A model generated the notes under the pieces. That model did no database searches. It was given only the letters and a program-made list of their open reading frames with translations, and was not told the origin of the DNA. From a virus (Duplodnaviria > Caudoviricetes): a stretch of DNA of 42,747 nucleotides. Of the stretch, positions 17,310 through 26,917 are shown one piece after another (position 1 is the first letter of the stretch; each line of letters begins with the position of its first letter). The stretch covers positions 1 to 42,747 of IMG/VR virus record IMGVR_UViG_3300037483_000151; one strand, written 5' to 3'. The translations under genes and the position numbers were made by a program.

Positions 17310-18364
17310 TAGATCGCTCCGATTCTCGCCATGCGTCCGTAAGTAGTCATCGCATCATTCTTGATCTGTGAGATCGAACGCCCGGTGAATTCCTTAGTGC
17401 CATCCCCTGAACCGGACTCACGGGCATAGCCACTGCTTCGCTGCAATAGCGTGTTGAGTGCTAGCGCTGTCGTGAACTCTGCGATCAAGGACGGCACCTC
17501 GTGGCGCGTGATGGCCGTCGTGTCCGCGTGGGTGGCCGCGGACGTCCCCAGGGCGGCCCGTGTGACCGTGAGGGTACGTGGCGCGTAGATTGCGGCACCC
17601 CCGGCATGTGAAGCCAGCACAGAACCATCTACAGCCCTCTTGATCGTCACGACCAAACCAGCTATGTCAGTCACGAGAACTCTTTCAGAGTCAATAAGAA
17701 GGATCTCACCGACCTTAGGCAAGATTCCGACAGACGTACTCACAGTCATTGAGACGTCTGCGACTGATGCAGTAAGGGAATCACCTGCATCAATGTCTAC
17801 TGTCGTGTCTTGCATGACCTTTTCAGTGACAATCATTCGCTCTGACTCAACCTTAATGATTGAACCAATGCCAATGAGGTAACTGTCCGAGACATTAACC
17901 GCAGTCTCAGAAGCATCTAGTGCTTCATTGAGCGTGCCTGATACGAGATCAGTCGTACTGTGGCCGAATACACCAGTAATTGCAACATCCCTTTGAGCCG
18001 TAGTTCCCTGCCCGAATGCCGCGCTTGCATCTAGGTCTAGCTCAATGCGCGTGTAAGGAGGACCATCATTAACGGGCTCTAGGAAGTAGTCAGTACTCGC
18101 GATAGCTTCCCCACCAGAAGTCAACGAATTGACTGAGATCAATTCGTCTTGTTCTAGGTACAGCACATGGGAACGTGCGTACTGAAAATTAGGCCAATTG
18201 AAATAGCGCGTGCCTGTCCAGGGGTAGAACTTCCGGTGAAGCATTCCCTCTACAGTTCGGCTAGCCGCATCAATTGCGCTATCGACTTCTGTATTGCTGA
18301 GTGCTGTTTCCTTAATATCAAGAGCGTTCTTAACACTCTCACGTGTTGCGTAGAATACGCCCAT
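17309..18364 (-). CDS. Head-to-tail adaptor
   Basis: YATRESVK-x-AL...AASR-x-VE...R-x-FYP N-terminus; GGAGG SD. Confidence 0.75.
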   Translation of the reverse strand: MGVFYATRESVKNALDIKETALSNTEVDSAIDAASRTVEGMLHRKFYPWTGTRYFNWPNFQYARSHVLYLEQDELISVNSLTSGGEAIASTDYFLEPVNDGPPYTRIELDLDASAAFGQGTTAQRDVAITGVFGHSTTDLVSGTLNEALDASETAVNVSDSYLIGIGSIIKVESERMIVTEKVMQDTTVDIDAGDSLTASVADVSMTVSTSVGILPKVGEILLIDSERVLVTDIAGLVVTIKRAVDGSVLASHAGGAAIYAPRTLTVTRAALGTSAATHADTTAITRHEVPSLIAEFTTALALNTLLQRSSGYARESGSGDGTKEFTGRSISQIKNDAMTTYGRMARIGAI

Positions 18365-18377
18365 GATTACCTCCCAG

Positions 18378-18449
18378 TGCTACGAAAGGGATTCGAACCC
18401 CTACATACTGACTTTGTCGCCAGCGCTCTGCCAATTAAGCTACCGTAAC
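18378..18449 (-). tRNA. tRNA-like element with non-canonical 6-nt anticodon loop (GACAAA)
   Basis: Acceptor GTTACGG/TCGTAGC; D arm GCTT-AATTGGCA-GAGC; arm CTGGC-GACAAA-GTCAG; T arm AGGGG-TTCGAAT-CCCTT. Confidence 0.7.
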
Positions 18450-18453
18450 GACA

Positions 18454-18598
18454 AATAGCCGTGTTCCCCCCGGCAGAGGAACACGGCTATTCGGAATGCA
18501 AGACAGAATCCACCACTGTCTTAATTACGACGTGTCCCGCATTCTTGTCTTGCATTCTGACCTAGCCCCATATAGGGACGAATTACGGGTCTATTCAG
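18454..18598 (-). ncRNA. Hairpin cluster 5' of the tRNA-like element
   Basis: AATAGCCGTGTTCC/GGAACACGGCTATT (18454-18491); GAATGCAAGACA.GAAT/ATTC.TGTCTTGCATTC (18494-18557). Confidence 0.55.
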
Positions 18599-18781
18599 TT
18601 ATGTAATGCCGTTGCCATCACGCGGATATTGCCAACCATCGTAAGGACAATAGAGCACGCTCTTAGGTCCATTGATTAGTGGCTCACCATCATTCGGACA
18701 ACTTACGGGTGGCTTCCCTTGAGTAGCTCGTCTATCGTCGGCGTCGGACTGGAAGATAGAGAGGAGTTGTTCCCAACTGAT
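18599..18781 (-). CDS. 60-aa head-module protein with apparent ATC start (ISWEQLL...CPNDGEPL...CPYDGWQYPRD)
   Basis: GAGGAGG SD 7 nt upstream of ATC; in-frame stop 5 codons upstream; paired CPxDG motifs. Confidence 0.65.
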   Translation of the reverse strand: MSWEQLLSIFQSDADDRRATQGKPPVSCPNDGEPLINGPKSVLYCPYDGWQYPRDGNGIT

Positions 18782-18933
18782 GGCACTACCTCCTCAACTT
18801 CTACCGGCAATTTAGACTCTGTCTCACCCAGGGTGTCTTCAAAGTCCCTGGTAATCCAGCCGTCTACGTCACCAGTAACTACAGTTTTACGCGGATAGTT
18901 ACTAGCCCCACCGTGCTTAGTGATCTTAGGCAT
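18703..18933 (-). CDS. Hypothetical head-module protein
   Basis: MPKITKHGGASN N-terminus; TAATG-coupled. Confidence 0.65.
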   Translation of the reverse strand: MPKITKHGGASNYPRKTVVTGDVDGWITRDFEDTLGETESKLPVEVEEVVPSVGNNSSLSSSPTPTIDELLKGSHP

Positions 18934-19079
18934 TACGCCTCATCAGCATTAAGCAGATCCCGAATGCGATTAGCCACTGTCAGATCAGGACAATGCACGT
19001 ATAGCGTGTAAGTCGGATCATCAGTGATTACCATAACGGATGGGCCAGGCAGATAGGCTGTTACATAAGTATTGGCCAT
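18933..19079 (-). CDS. 48-aa hypothetical protein (MANTYVTAY...)
   Basis: TAATG-coupled at both ends. Confidence 0.6.
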   Translation of the reverse strand: MANTYVTAYLPGPSVMVITDDPTYTLYVHCPDLTVANRIRDLLNADEA

Positions 19080-19540
19080 TACGCAGCCGCTACTAGAGTC
19101 GCGCCCGTAGTAAGCGGAACCCAAGTGCAGTACCAGGTAATTTCACCATCGGTACCGGCTGAAAGAGACTCAATCTCTCCCGTAGGAACTACTGCCCTTA
19201 GCGGTTCGCCATAGCCAATAGACATCAGCTTTGCAGGTGCCGTAGTAGTAGCCAGGCCAAAGGTAAGCAGAGTGCCAGCGAGAGTATCGGTACCACCGAT
19301 ATCAGTAGCGGCGCAAAGATCCTGAGTATCACCCGTAGTCGGGTCCATTACCAGCTTGTAAGAGTTGGCCACCGTAATAGCAGTGTCCACTACTCCCCAC
19401 ATTGCAGTAATGAGGACTTCACCACCTGCAACAGTGAATAGCTGCACTGTGGTAGCTGCGAGTGTGCCCGTTGCTTTGCTTACGGGACCACGACCAAGCG
19501 CGATTTCCCTAAGCTGTGAACCTTGAAGAATTACAGACAT
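19079..19540 (-). CDS. Virion structural protein (capsid decoration-like)
   Basis: Thr/Ala/Gly beta-rich; LFTVAGG...W-x-PL-x2-GA; downstream of capsid gene. Confidence 0.65.
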   Translation of the reverse strand: MSVILQGSQLREIALGRGPVSKATGTLAATTVQLFTVAGGEVLITAMWGVVDTAITVANSYKLVMDPTTGDTQDLCAATDIGGTDTLAGTLLTFGLATTTAPAKLMSIGYGEPLRAVVPTGEIESLSAGTDGEITWYCTWVPLTTGATLVAAA

Positions 19541-19543
19541 GGC

Positions 19544-20056
19544 TTACACCGTCCAAGCTGCGAGGTTCTCAGGCTTACGCTGAACCTTGAGGCTAGACAT
19601 GATGGCAAGAATGCCACCAATCTTTGCCTGCGAGGCGTCATCGAGTCCTAGAGAAACGTACTCATAGCCGTCGGTAAGCTGACTGGCGAGAACTTCAATG
19701 ACGTAGATCTGCTGAACATCTGCGCCAGTGTTAGTAACCGTGACCGTAGCCAGAGCAGACTGAGTAACGCGAGTCCAAGTCTCGTCACCATCTAGAGTAG
19801 TCTCTTCCTTAGAGAACCAATCCGTAATGATAGCGAGGTTATTGCTGTCACCAGAAGTAACGGCATCGTGCTCTTGCAGAGTGAAGACAAGGTCAGCACC
19901 TGCGGTTCCGGCAGCTGCGAAGAAAACAAAAGTGCAGACTTCCGCATTCTTCATGTTGATACGGATACCCGTATTCGCAGCGGTGTTGAGGTCAACGATG
20001 GAAAGCGCATTCGTAATATCGAATGCCTTACCAAGCGCGTGTGCATTGGTCGTCAT
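19544..20056 (-). CDS. Capsid cement/decoration-like protein
   Basis: Immediately after the MCP gene; beta-rich; QRKPENL C-terminus. Confidence 0.65.
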   Translation of the reverse strand: MTTNAHALGKAFDITNALSIVDLNTAANTGIRINMKNAEVCTFVFFAAAGTAGADLVFTLQEHDAVTSGDSNNLAIITDWFSKEETTLDGDETWTRVTQSALATVTVTNTGADVQQIYVIEVLASQLTDGYEYVSLGLDDASQAKIGGILAIMSSLKVQRKPENLAAWTV

Positions 20057-20068
20057 ACCATTTCCTCT

Positions 20069-20132
20069 CTCTCAGGGGTTTCAATGCCTGAGAGTTGAGG
20101 CCGCCCTAAGGGTGTGAATGCTTAGGGCGGCC
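20069..20132 (-). promoter_or_regulatory. Twin hairpins between MCP and the next gene
   Basis: GGCCGCCCTAAG-CATTCACACC-CTTAGGGCGGCC and CTCTCAGG-CATTGAAACC-CCTGAGAG (minus-strand reading). Confidence 0.65.
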
Positions 20133-20138
20133 GGACAA

Positions 20139-21494
20139 TTACGCGCGGGCTTCCAGCTGAACGAACGGGCTCAGTGTCGGACCGTTGTTCTTAGGAGTAA
20201 TGGCGCTGTTGATCCACGGGCGACCGTCAACACGGCTGATGATACGGAATGCCGTAACGTCATCCTTGAAACGGAAGTGCTCCGAAGAACTGGTCTCCAT
20301 TGACTGCCGGTCACCTACAAAGTAATAACTCAGGTCAACAAAGCTGATATCGCCAGCGTCTCCGAGTAGACCAGTCTTCTCAGTGAAGATGACAGGACGC
20401 CCCAGGATGGTCATAGGCGGACCCTCAGTACCGTTATTCAGCCAGATAGCCGAACCACCAGTACCGACACTCAGAGCCATCGTGGCAAGCTCGGGGAAGG
20501 TATCCAGCGAGGCGACCCAGACGGCATTACCCAGGGAAGTAGGCAGCATTCGGGCATACATCTTTACGATGTTCTCCCAGACAATGGTGTCTGCAAGCTG
20601 TCCAGCTTCCTTAGTAACACTGATCAGTGCAGAGCCATTACGGTAACCAAGAGGCTGACCAACACCATTGCCATTGATGAAAGCGTCATCCTCAAACCAG
20701 GCCATTGCCTGAGGAAAGGTCTGCGAGAAGTAGGCATCCGCTGCCATGGTGTCCCGCATAAGCTCATTGGGCATTTCCGTGTAACCGGTGAGCTTGTGAG
20801 CTTCCATCTTGATGCGCTGGAAAGTCGCCTGCGACTCAGTAAGCGTGCCGCCCTCTTCTGTCCAGTAGCAGACAACGCCACCAAAGACAGACGAGACATT
20901 CGACGTGCTATCGAATGCAGGAATGGAGAGGGTAAGCGTGCTCATAGGAATGACGCGCGCACGGGACCTAACCAGAGTGCCCTCAAGTGCGATCGCCATC
21001 AGCTCACTGCGGAATTCCTCAGGAATGAGGAACCCACCATCCGCAGGAACGTTAGAGCTGTAGTCGTTCCAAATCTTTGCTGCCTTGTCACGCTTAGCCG
21101 AGAGGTCCGCAGCATTGCGCAGTGAGCCGCCCTTGTGCCAAATGGCCTGTAGGAAGTCACCAGCATCATCAAAGATGCCGTCAAGCTTGACACCGGGAGC
21201 GCGCTTGTTATAGCCCGTTCCCTTGTTCTTGCTGACAGGACTGAAAGGCTTCATCCCAAAGTCAATACGCTTGGGATTAAGGCCCTGCTCCTTAAGCCAC
21301 TCATTGAGGACTAGGTCAGTCTCTGCCTTGACCTGCTTACCGAACTCCTCATGCTTTGCCTGGAAAGTATTGGCGTAGTTCTTGACAAGTTCGTTGAACT
21401 GACCAGCCTCAAATACTTCCTTAAGCTTGGCAGTGTTCGCCAGCATTTCCTCAAGCTGAGTAGCATCGGTAGGAATGGTAATCGTAGGTGCCAT
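20139..21494 (-). CDS. Major capsid protein, HK97 fold
   Basis: DGGFLIPEE, WTEEG, AFINGNG-x-GQPLG, ILGRPV, R-x-DGRPW. Confidence 0.95.
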   Translation of the reverse strand: MAPTITIPTDATQLEEMLANTAKLKEVFEAGQFNELVKNYANTFQAKHEEFGKQVKAETDLVLNEWLKEQGLNPKRIDFGMKPFSPVSKNKGTGYNKRAPGVKLDGIFDDAGDFLQAIWHKGGSLRNAADLSAKRDKAAKIWNDYSSNVPADGGFLIPEEFRSELMAIALEGTLVRSRARVIPMSTLTLSIPAFDSTSNVSSVFGGVVCYWTEEGGTLTESQATFQRIKMEAHKLTGYTEMPNELMRDTMAADAYFSQTFPQAMAWFEDDAFINGNGVGQPLGYRNGSALISVTKEAGQLADTIVWENIVKMYARMLPTSLGNAVWVASLDTFPELATMALSVGTGGSAIWLNNGTEGPPMTILGRPVIFTEKTGLLGDAGDISFVDLSYYFVGDRQSMETSSSEHFRFKDDVTAFRIISRVDGRPWINSAITPKNNGPTLSPFVQLEARA

Positions 21495-22207
21495 TAGTGA
21501 AACACTCCCTTCATTGACTGTGCGACATTATCCCAATCAATGGGAGTGTCTTTCTCTTGGACATTGATTACAGGATCTGGCGCATACATACGCCCTGCAT
21601 AGTTATACATGCTGAGATCCCATACATTACTGGCGTCGGACTGACCTTGAATCTCATCAGCCAATCCGACTCGCACAGTTTCCTCTGCATTGAACCAAGT
21701 CTCAGCACGCATGTATTCACGCCATGACTCCACAGAACCGCCCGCACGCTCTGCATAAATGCTAGCGATATTGGCGGAAGCATTGTCTAGCTGCATTGCC
21801 TTGTGCTGCATCTCAGCAGCGTTACCGGCGCATACAGTGTGGCCCTCATGAATCATCATGGTCGCATTCTTTGCCATGACTACCTTGTTACCGGCCATGG
21901 CAATAACTGAACCAATAGAAGCAGCAAGTGCGTCAACGATAACTGTCACATTACCGGCATAGTTCTTGAGTGCCTGATAAATTGCGATACCGTCGAATAC
22001 TTCACCGCCCGGTGTATTCATGTGAACTGTGAGATCCTTACCACCCAGGGAGGCAAGATCCTTGACAAGACTTGAGGCAGTGATTCCCCAATAACCGATC
22101 TCGTCATAGATATGCAGTGTCTGCATTCCCTCAATTTCAACGAGGTTATACCACTTCTTATCGGTGGCATCCGCTCTCACCTGCGGAATAGATCTAGCGA
22201 ATCGCAT
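21494..22207 (-). CDS. ClpP-like (S14) prohead protease
   Basis: NTPGGEVFDG, LAASIGS, MMIH, ETWFNAEE-x4-GLAD. Confidence 0.92.
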   Translation of the reverse strand: MRFARSIPQVRADATDKKWYNLVEIEGMQTLHIYDEIGYWGITASSLVKDLASLGGKDLTVHMNTPGGEVFDGIAIYQALKNYAGNVTVIVDALAASIGSVIAMAGNKVVMAKNATMMIHEGHTVCAGNAAEMQHKAMQLDNASANIASIYAERAGGSVESWREYMRAETWFNAEETVRVGLADEIQGQSDASNVWDLSMYNYAGRMYAPDPVINVQEKDTPIDWDNVAQSMKGVFH

Positions 22208-22222
22208 TGTTACTCACCTCCC

Positions 22223-23872
22223 TTACTTGCGCTTCTTAACGTTGCGCCTAATGATTGCGCCTCTGCAATTGGGTGGCCAGTCACAGTCCTTGTAGTTCTT
22301 GCCATCCGGGTAATCCTCATAGGCATCAGCCTTAGTGAAGTACCGCTTACCGTCATTCTTCTTACACGGTTCGCAAGACGTTTCGTCTGACTTCTCTTCC
22401 GCTACCCATGTCTTGAGTCGCTCGGGGATATCGTTCTCAAAGACTTCCCTGATGTAGTTCTCTAGTACCGGGTCCATATCGTCGTCATCTTCAACGTCAG
22501 GCTCTACCCTGGGTGGCTCAATAGCAGCGGGTACAGGTGGCTCTGGTGGCGGCTCAGGGACCGGTTCAGGCTCTACCTCAGGTAGTTCATAACCGAGCAT
22601 CGGGAGAATGAGCGGTGCCAATGCAGCAGGGGCACCCTTGAGAAGCTCAATCAGTAGTTCCTTTTCCGGATCAGCATCGGGACTACCGAATGCCATCTCA
22701 GGCAATCCGACTGCTTCAAGAACTTCCGGAGCGTAATAGCCTGCCTGAATAAGCGCCAGTGCCGCATCAGCCTTACCCGTCAATTCCTTGCTTGCCATCT
22801 CCCTGTCTTCTGGGATGTGCTCGCAATAATCGAATTCCAGGTTAGCCGCAGAGCTACCAAACATAGGAAGGAAGTAACAGTTAAGCGCTTGCTTGATTCT
22901 CTCTAGTCTGGGAGTAACAAGCCAACGTGCAAAGGTGGCTTCCGCTGCTTCCGCATTAGCACGATTAACAGTCTCGCTAATGCCTAGCATGTGCGGATGA
23001 ATACCGAATGCCTCACGAATGACCTCACTCGATACCTTACGCAATTCAACGAACTGCATATCGCGCATTGAGAAGGTTCGATTAACCCACTTACCGCGCT
23101 CAATTACCGCAACCCTATGAGCGTTCGCCACTCCCTGATGCTGCTCACGCCATCTACCCGTGAATTCTTTCCATTCCGGATCACCTAGCTTTGTATCAAG
23201 CTCAATGATTCCGCCAGGTTCCGCACTATTCAGAAAGAAATTACGGTTCCATTCCGCACTGTACTTAGTCGAATCAAGGTCAGTGAGGATGCTCTGTACC
23301 GGTCCCATTCCCCTATAGACGTCAAGAGGATTGGGCATCTTAAGTGCGATGACCTCATTAAGACCTAGCTCAATGCGCTCCCCTTCTGGGGAGAGGTACA
23401 CATACCCTGACAGGAAATCTTCCGCATCAGGAACAGGAACAATTCTGTCGGGTCTAATCGGCCACAGTTCAGCAGGAGGGCCATTCTTAGTCAGTCTGCT
23501 GACCAACCAATAAGACTCGCCAGTCAAATCTACGTGTTGCTGTGACGTCTCTACTAGCAATTGACGAGTGAAGAAAGGGTTAGGCTTTTCCCAAATCTGC
23601 AATGCGAGATGCCGTGTTATTTCCTTACGGTCTTCATCATCGCCACTTACTGACTTAGTCCAAAGCTTCCAGTCTACTTGTGCCGTTGCATTGCTAGTCC
23701 TATTGACAATGCTGAATAGCGTTCCTACGCCACCCATCATCCGCATTTGCGTTTCCATGTCACCGCTAGTCTGTGACCTACCAAAGGTCCATTTACTAGC
23801 CCATGACGGAGCGTAAGGAACGGGGCTCTTGTTAAGAACACTCCCTGTAATCACCTTTGCAAGTGACCTCAT
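22223..23872 (-). CDS. HK97-family portal protein with Pro/acidic linker and C-terminal Cys domain
   Basis: ELWPIRPDR, RGMGP, FFLNSAEPGG, FGIHPHMLG, NRANAE. Confidence 0.92.
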   Translation of the reverse strand: MRSLAKVITGSVLNKSPVPYAPSWASKWTFGRSQTSGDMETQMRMMGGVGTLFSIVNRTSNATAQVDWKLWTKSVSGDDEDRKEITRHLALQIWEKPNPFFTRQLLVETSQQHVDLTGESYWLVSRLTKNGPPAELWPIRPDRIVPVPDAEDFLSGYVYLSPEGERIELGLNEVIALKMPNPLDVYRGMGPVQSILTDLDSTKYSAEWNRNFFLNSAEPGGIIELDTKLGDPEWKEFTGRWREQHQGVANAHRVAVIERGKWVNRTFSMRDMQFVELRKVSSEVIREAFGIHPHMLGISETVNRANAEAAEATFARWLVTPRLERIKQALNCYFLPMFGSSAANLEFDYCEHIPEDREMASKELTGKADAALALIQAGYYAPEVLEAVGLPEMAFGSPDADPEKELLIELLKGAPAALAPLILPMLGYELPEVEPEPVPEPPPEPPVPAAIEPPRVEPDVEDDDDMDPVLENYIREVFENDIPERLKTWVAEEKSDETSCEPCKKNDGKRYFTKADAYEDYPDGKNYKDCDWPPNCRGAIIRRNVKKRK

Positions 23873-24123
23873 TACTCACCACCTGTAAGCGCTTCAATGA
23901 TGAATAGCGAGATACCAATGGCTAGTACACCCAGGGAGGTATGCAGTGTCCATGCCGCGTAGTCAATGCAGCCTAGACCGGTCACCTGTAGTACTCCCGT
24001 ACGGACATCAGACCACGCAGGAAGCTTTGCAGCGGCATAGCGGGCTAGCCGTAGCACTAGCGACTCACGCGGCTTACGGACCTTCTGAGTGCGAGCAAGG
24101 CGATAAGCCTCTATCACTGTCAC
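23872..24123 (-). CDS. Small membrane protein between terminase and portal
   Basis: Two hydrophobic segments; TAATG-coupled. Confidence 0.7.
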   Translation of the reverse strand: MTVIEAYRLARTQKVRKPRESLVLRLARYAAAKLPAWSDVRTGVLQVTGLGCIDYAAWTLHTSLGVLAIGISLFIIEALTGGE

Positions 24124-24144
24124 GCCTTGACTCCTCTCTCGGTT

Positions 24145-25473
24145 TCACATGAAACGAACACGCGGCTTAGCCTGTAGATCCTTGTCTGCCACCATGTATC
24201 GCGATGCGTCCATACCATGGTCATTCTCTTTAACCGGTTCATCCTTAATGCGACCATTAGGTCCCATTGCCCAGACGTAACCAACGATCTCTTCCTGTGT
24301 GCATACGGGCCTACCACTATCGCGCAATGCCGGATCTAGAGTGACAAGAGCATCGCGCATGATGGCAATGGAGGAATCCGCTAGCCGATTTTGTACGGCC
24401 TCAATTCCTTCCTTTACTGCCTTGTGTGCGTTCTGTGTGCCTAGTCCTAGTTCCTCTTCTAGTACGGCCTTACCTTCTGCATCATGGTCACAGAGAATGG
24501 CACGCGGTGTAGGCTCTGTCCAATTACCGTCTTTGTCTTTCATGATTGCGAGGATGTCTTTAGCGTGTTGCCGTACTGTCTTATTCGTATGGTAGATCTC
24601 GCGATAAAGGATTAGCTTTCCATCAGGATCTTCCGCCCACCATTGGCACACAAAGGGATTCCTGAATCCAAAGTCAATGGCCCAATAGCGCGGCCAATCA
24701 TTTGGGATATCGAATCGGTCAATGAGATGAACGTTCGAATTCCATTCCTCATAAATGAGGCCCTCTGCCGCTGCCCAAATTCCCTTACGCAATCTAAGGA
24801 ATCGGACACCGGTAAGCCGGTCAAGCTTCCCTATGTAGTCCTTACCAATGTCCGTTACTGTTCCGTCTTCATTGAACAATGTCGGGTTATCCTCATGCAC
24901 TGATTGCAATAGCGTTGTCATGCCCTCATCAGCTCTGGCCTTAAGCCAATGAGTAGGCATGTCAGGGTTGCAGTCCGCAATGAGTTGCTGAAAAGAAATG
25001 CGTCCATTTCTCAACCGCGTTGTCAGTGCTTCCCAGTCATTTACTGTGAGTTCTGTTGCTTCCTGTACATAGATGACATCGTATTCAGATGACATGATCT
25101 TAGTCGCTTTGTCCATTCCGCCAATGACAATGACACTGCCATTGCTGAATCTGTATTGCGGTGCCTCTTGACTAGAGCCACCAAAGTAATAGACATCAGA
25201 CTGACTAAGATCACAGATTACTTTCTCTCGCCATGTCACTAGTGCTGTACTACCCAGGGAAGCAAGAGTCTTGCGCACTATGAGGCCTCGCATACGGGGA
25301 TTGAGTACGGCCATAAGAAGCAGCTTCTCTAGGCAAGCGCGACTCTTCCCAGTGCCAGCGGGGCCACTCACTAGCACCTCTGAGCCGCGCTCACTAAAGA
25401 CCTGAGCACATGCACCCTTAGGGGTATATACGTGTCTCTGCATGGATCTGAGCCGTCCCGTGCTGACAGTCAC
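24145..25473 (-). CDS. terL: Terminase large subunit
   Basis: Walker A GPAGTGKS; Walker B IYVQEATE; CNP; nuclease motifs IDFGFRNP and DHGMDASRY. Confidence 0.95.
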   Translation of the reverse strand: MTVSTGRLRSMQRHVYTPKGACAQVFSERGSEVLVSGPAGTGKSRACLEKLLLMAVLNPRMRGLIVRKTLASLGSTALVTWREKVICDLSQSDVYYFGGSSQEAPQYRFSNGSVIVIGGMDKATKIMSSEYDVIYVQEATELTVNDWEALTTRLRNGRISFQQLIADCNPDMPTHWLKARADEGMTTLLQSVHEDNPTLFNEDGTVTDIGKDYIGKLDRLTGVRFLRLRKGIWAAAEGLIYEEWNSNVHLIDRFDIPNDWPRYWAIDFGFRNPFVCQWWAEDPDGKLILYREIYHTNKTVRQHAKDILAIMKDKDGNWTEPTPRAILCDHDAEGKAVLEEELGLGTQNAHKAVKEGIEAVQNRLADSSIAIMRDALVTLDPALRDSGRPVCTQEEIVGYVWAMGPNGRIKDEPVKENDHGMDASRYMVADKDLQAKPRVRFM

Positions 25474-25545
25474 ACCATGTGTGATCCATACAATTGATGA
25501 CCGTTACACAATCGTTATGCCTCGCATCAGCGCAGTCATTACAGA

Positions 25546-26043
25546 TCATTTCAGCTTGCCCATATCTACACCATTGACGACAATGCTTGTCTGACTACTG
25601 CCCTCATACTTGAATGGCGTATCCAGTCCCAAGTACTTGGATCGCCTATCATGCACCTTTAGGGCCATGTCAATAGAACGCAGCTTCTGATCCCATTTAC
25701 TATGAGGGCTATTAATCATTCCCTCTAGCACCATTGTGTATCCGTCAAGTCTTTCAAGCTCAATGCTTCTCTGTGTCTTGACATCTTCGCTAAGTGTTTC
25801 TACTACTTCCGCTTGCTTAGTAACTTGCCTTTCGAGTACTACACCAATAAGAGCAGTGTCATCAATGTCAGGTTGTTCTGTCTTAATATCTTCAATCAGT
25901 TCTTGCAATTCAGGTCTATTAGCCGCCTTGATATAACGCATAACAGAGGCTTGACTAATGCCCATTATCTGGGCTACTTGCCTCTGCGTATTACCTTGCT
26001 TAGCCAGTGCTCTAGCTTGAAGGATAGTCTCTAGCGCTGCCAT
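25546..26043 (-). CDS. terS: Terminase small subunit with N-terminal HTH
   Basis: Upstream of terL; HTH TQRQVAQIMGISQASVMRY; ELERLD...RRSKYLGLD. Confidence 0.8.
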   Translation of the reverse strand: MAALETILQARALAKQGNTQRQVAQIMGISQASVMRYIKAANRPELQELIEDIKTEQPDIDDTALIGVVLERQVTKQAEVVETLSEDVKTQRSIELERLDGYTMVLEGMINSPHSKWDQKLRSIDMALKVHDRRSKYLGLDTPFKYEGSSQTSIVVNGVDMGKLK

Positions 26044-26309
26044 TAGTGACTATCCTTTCAGCCGGTAATAAGGGACTCATCTACCCAGGGGAGTATTCAA
26101 TGCGTGTCCGGTTAGTGCTATTGCACCCGGCTTCATTCGTCTTTTGAATACGACTGAGTAAGGGGATGAGTAGTGAGTAAGGCTATTAATAGGCGCTCTA
26201 TAAAAGGGCAGCGCAAAGCCTGTGACGCCATTCTAGGGGAGACGACTCGATGGACGCAAACGACTTCTCAAAGAAGAGGGCCAACGCTCAAAGGCGGCCC
26301 TTCTCTGTT

Positions 26310-26660
26310 AAGAGAAGTGATTCGAGATTCAGCGGATTCATGCAGGTCACAGCCTTTTGATCTTATCGGAATCAGGTCCCTATACCCCTGATGACGCGAT
26401 GTGGCCTCTGACCTGGCGAATCAGGCTTTGAATCAGATGATGATCTATGATTCAATCAGCACACTAATTCGTTGACCTGGGGATGTATACCCCCACCCCC
26501 TATTTGATACCCCCCCTGGGTATGTTATGCCCTCTGACCAGGCTGATTAGACAGTCATCGAACCTTGAATCAGCTAGTTGATCATGAGATTCAACGTACC
26601 CTCTGACCTGCACTTATGTCACGAATCAGCAGGTCAGAGGGGGTGCCGCGAGTGCCATGA
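26310..26660. repeat. Non-coding region with iterated GAATC/GATTC and CTCTGACC motifs (candidate origin and/or packaging site)
   Basis: About 10 copies of (T)GAATCA/TGATTC-type words; CTCTGACC near 26407, 26533, 26601 and inverted near 26632; C-tracts at 26489-26516. Confidence 0.55.
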
Positions 26661-26707
26661 TCAACGATCTTGTGAGTAAGCGGACTTACTCTACTCAACT
26701 GCCTTAC

Positions 26708-26908
26708 TCAATCCTTATCGGCTAGTCCTTCAATAAGATCTGTCAACAGAATACCGATCATGAAAGTATCTGTTGAGATATCCTCACTCTTTAGAAGCGC
26801 CAATAGCATATCCCTTCTACCGTTTACTTCCCCGCTAAGACCCGCATGCGCAAGTTCCGGAGTACCAGAAGTACGCTTAAAGAGTTCAAACACTTCATGT
26901 GCATCCAT
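26708..26908 (-). CDS. Hypothetical protein
   Basis: 66 aa; GGGAA upstream; follows helicase. Confidence 0.6.
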   Translation of the reverse strand: MDAHEVFELFKRTSGTPELAHAGLSGEVNGRRDMLLALLKSEDISTDTFMIGILLTDLIEGLADKD

Positions 26909-26917
26909 GGATATTCC

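Noticed and set aside
26173-26391. 72-aa + strand ORF in the terS upstream region
   Set aside because: Opposite to all neighbours, overlaps the repeat tract and an inverted repeat (AGAAGAGGGCC/GGCCCTTCTCT), and has no recognisable motif
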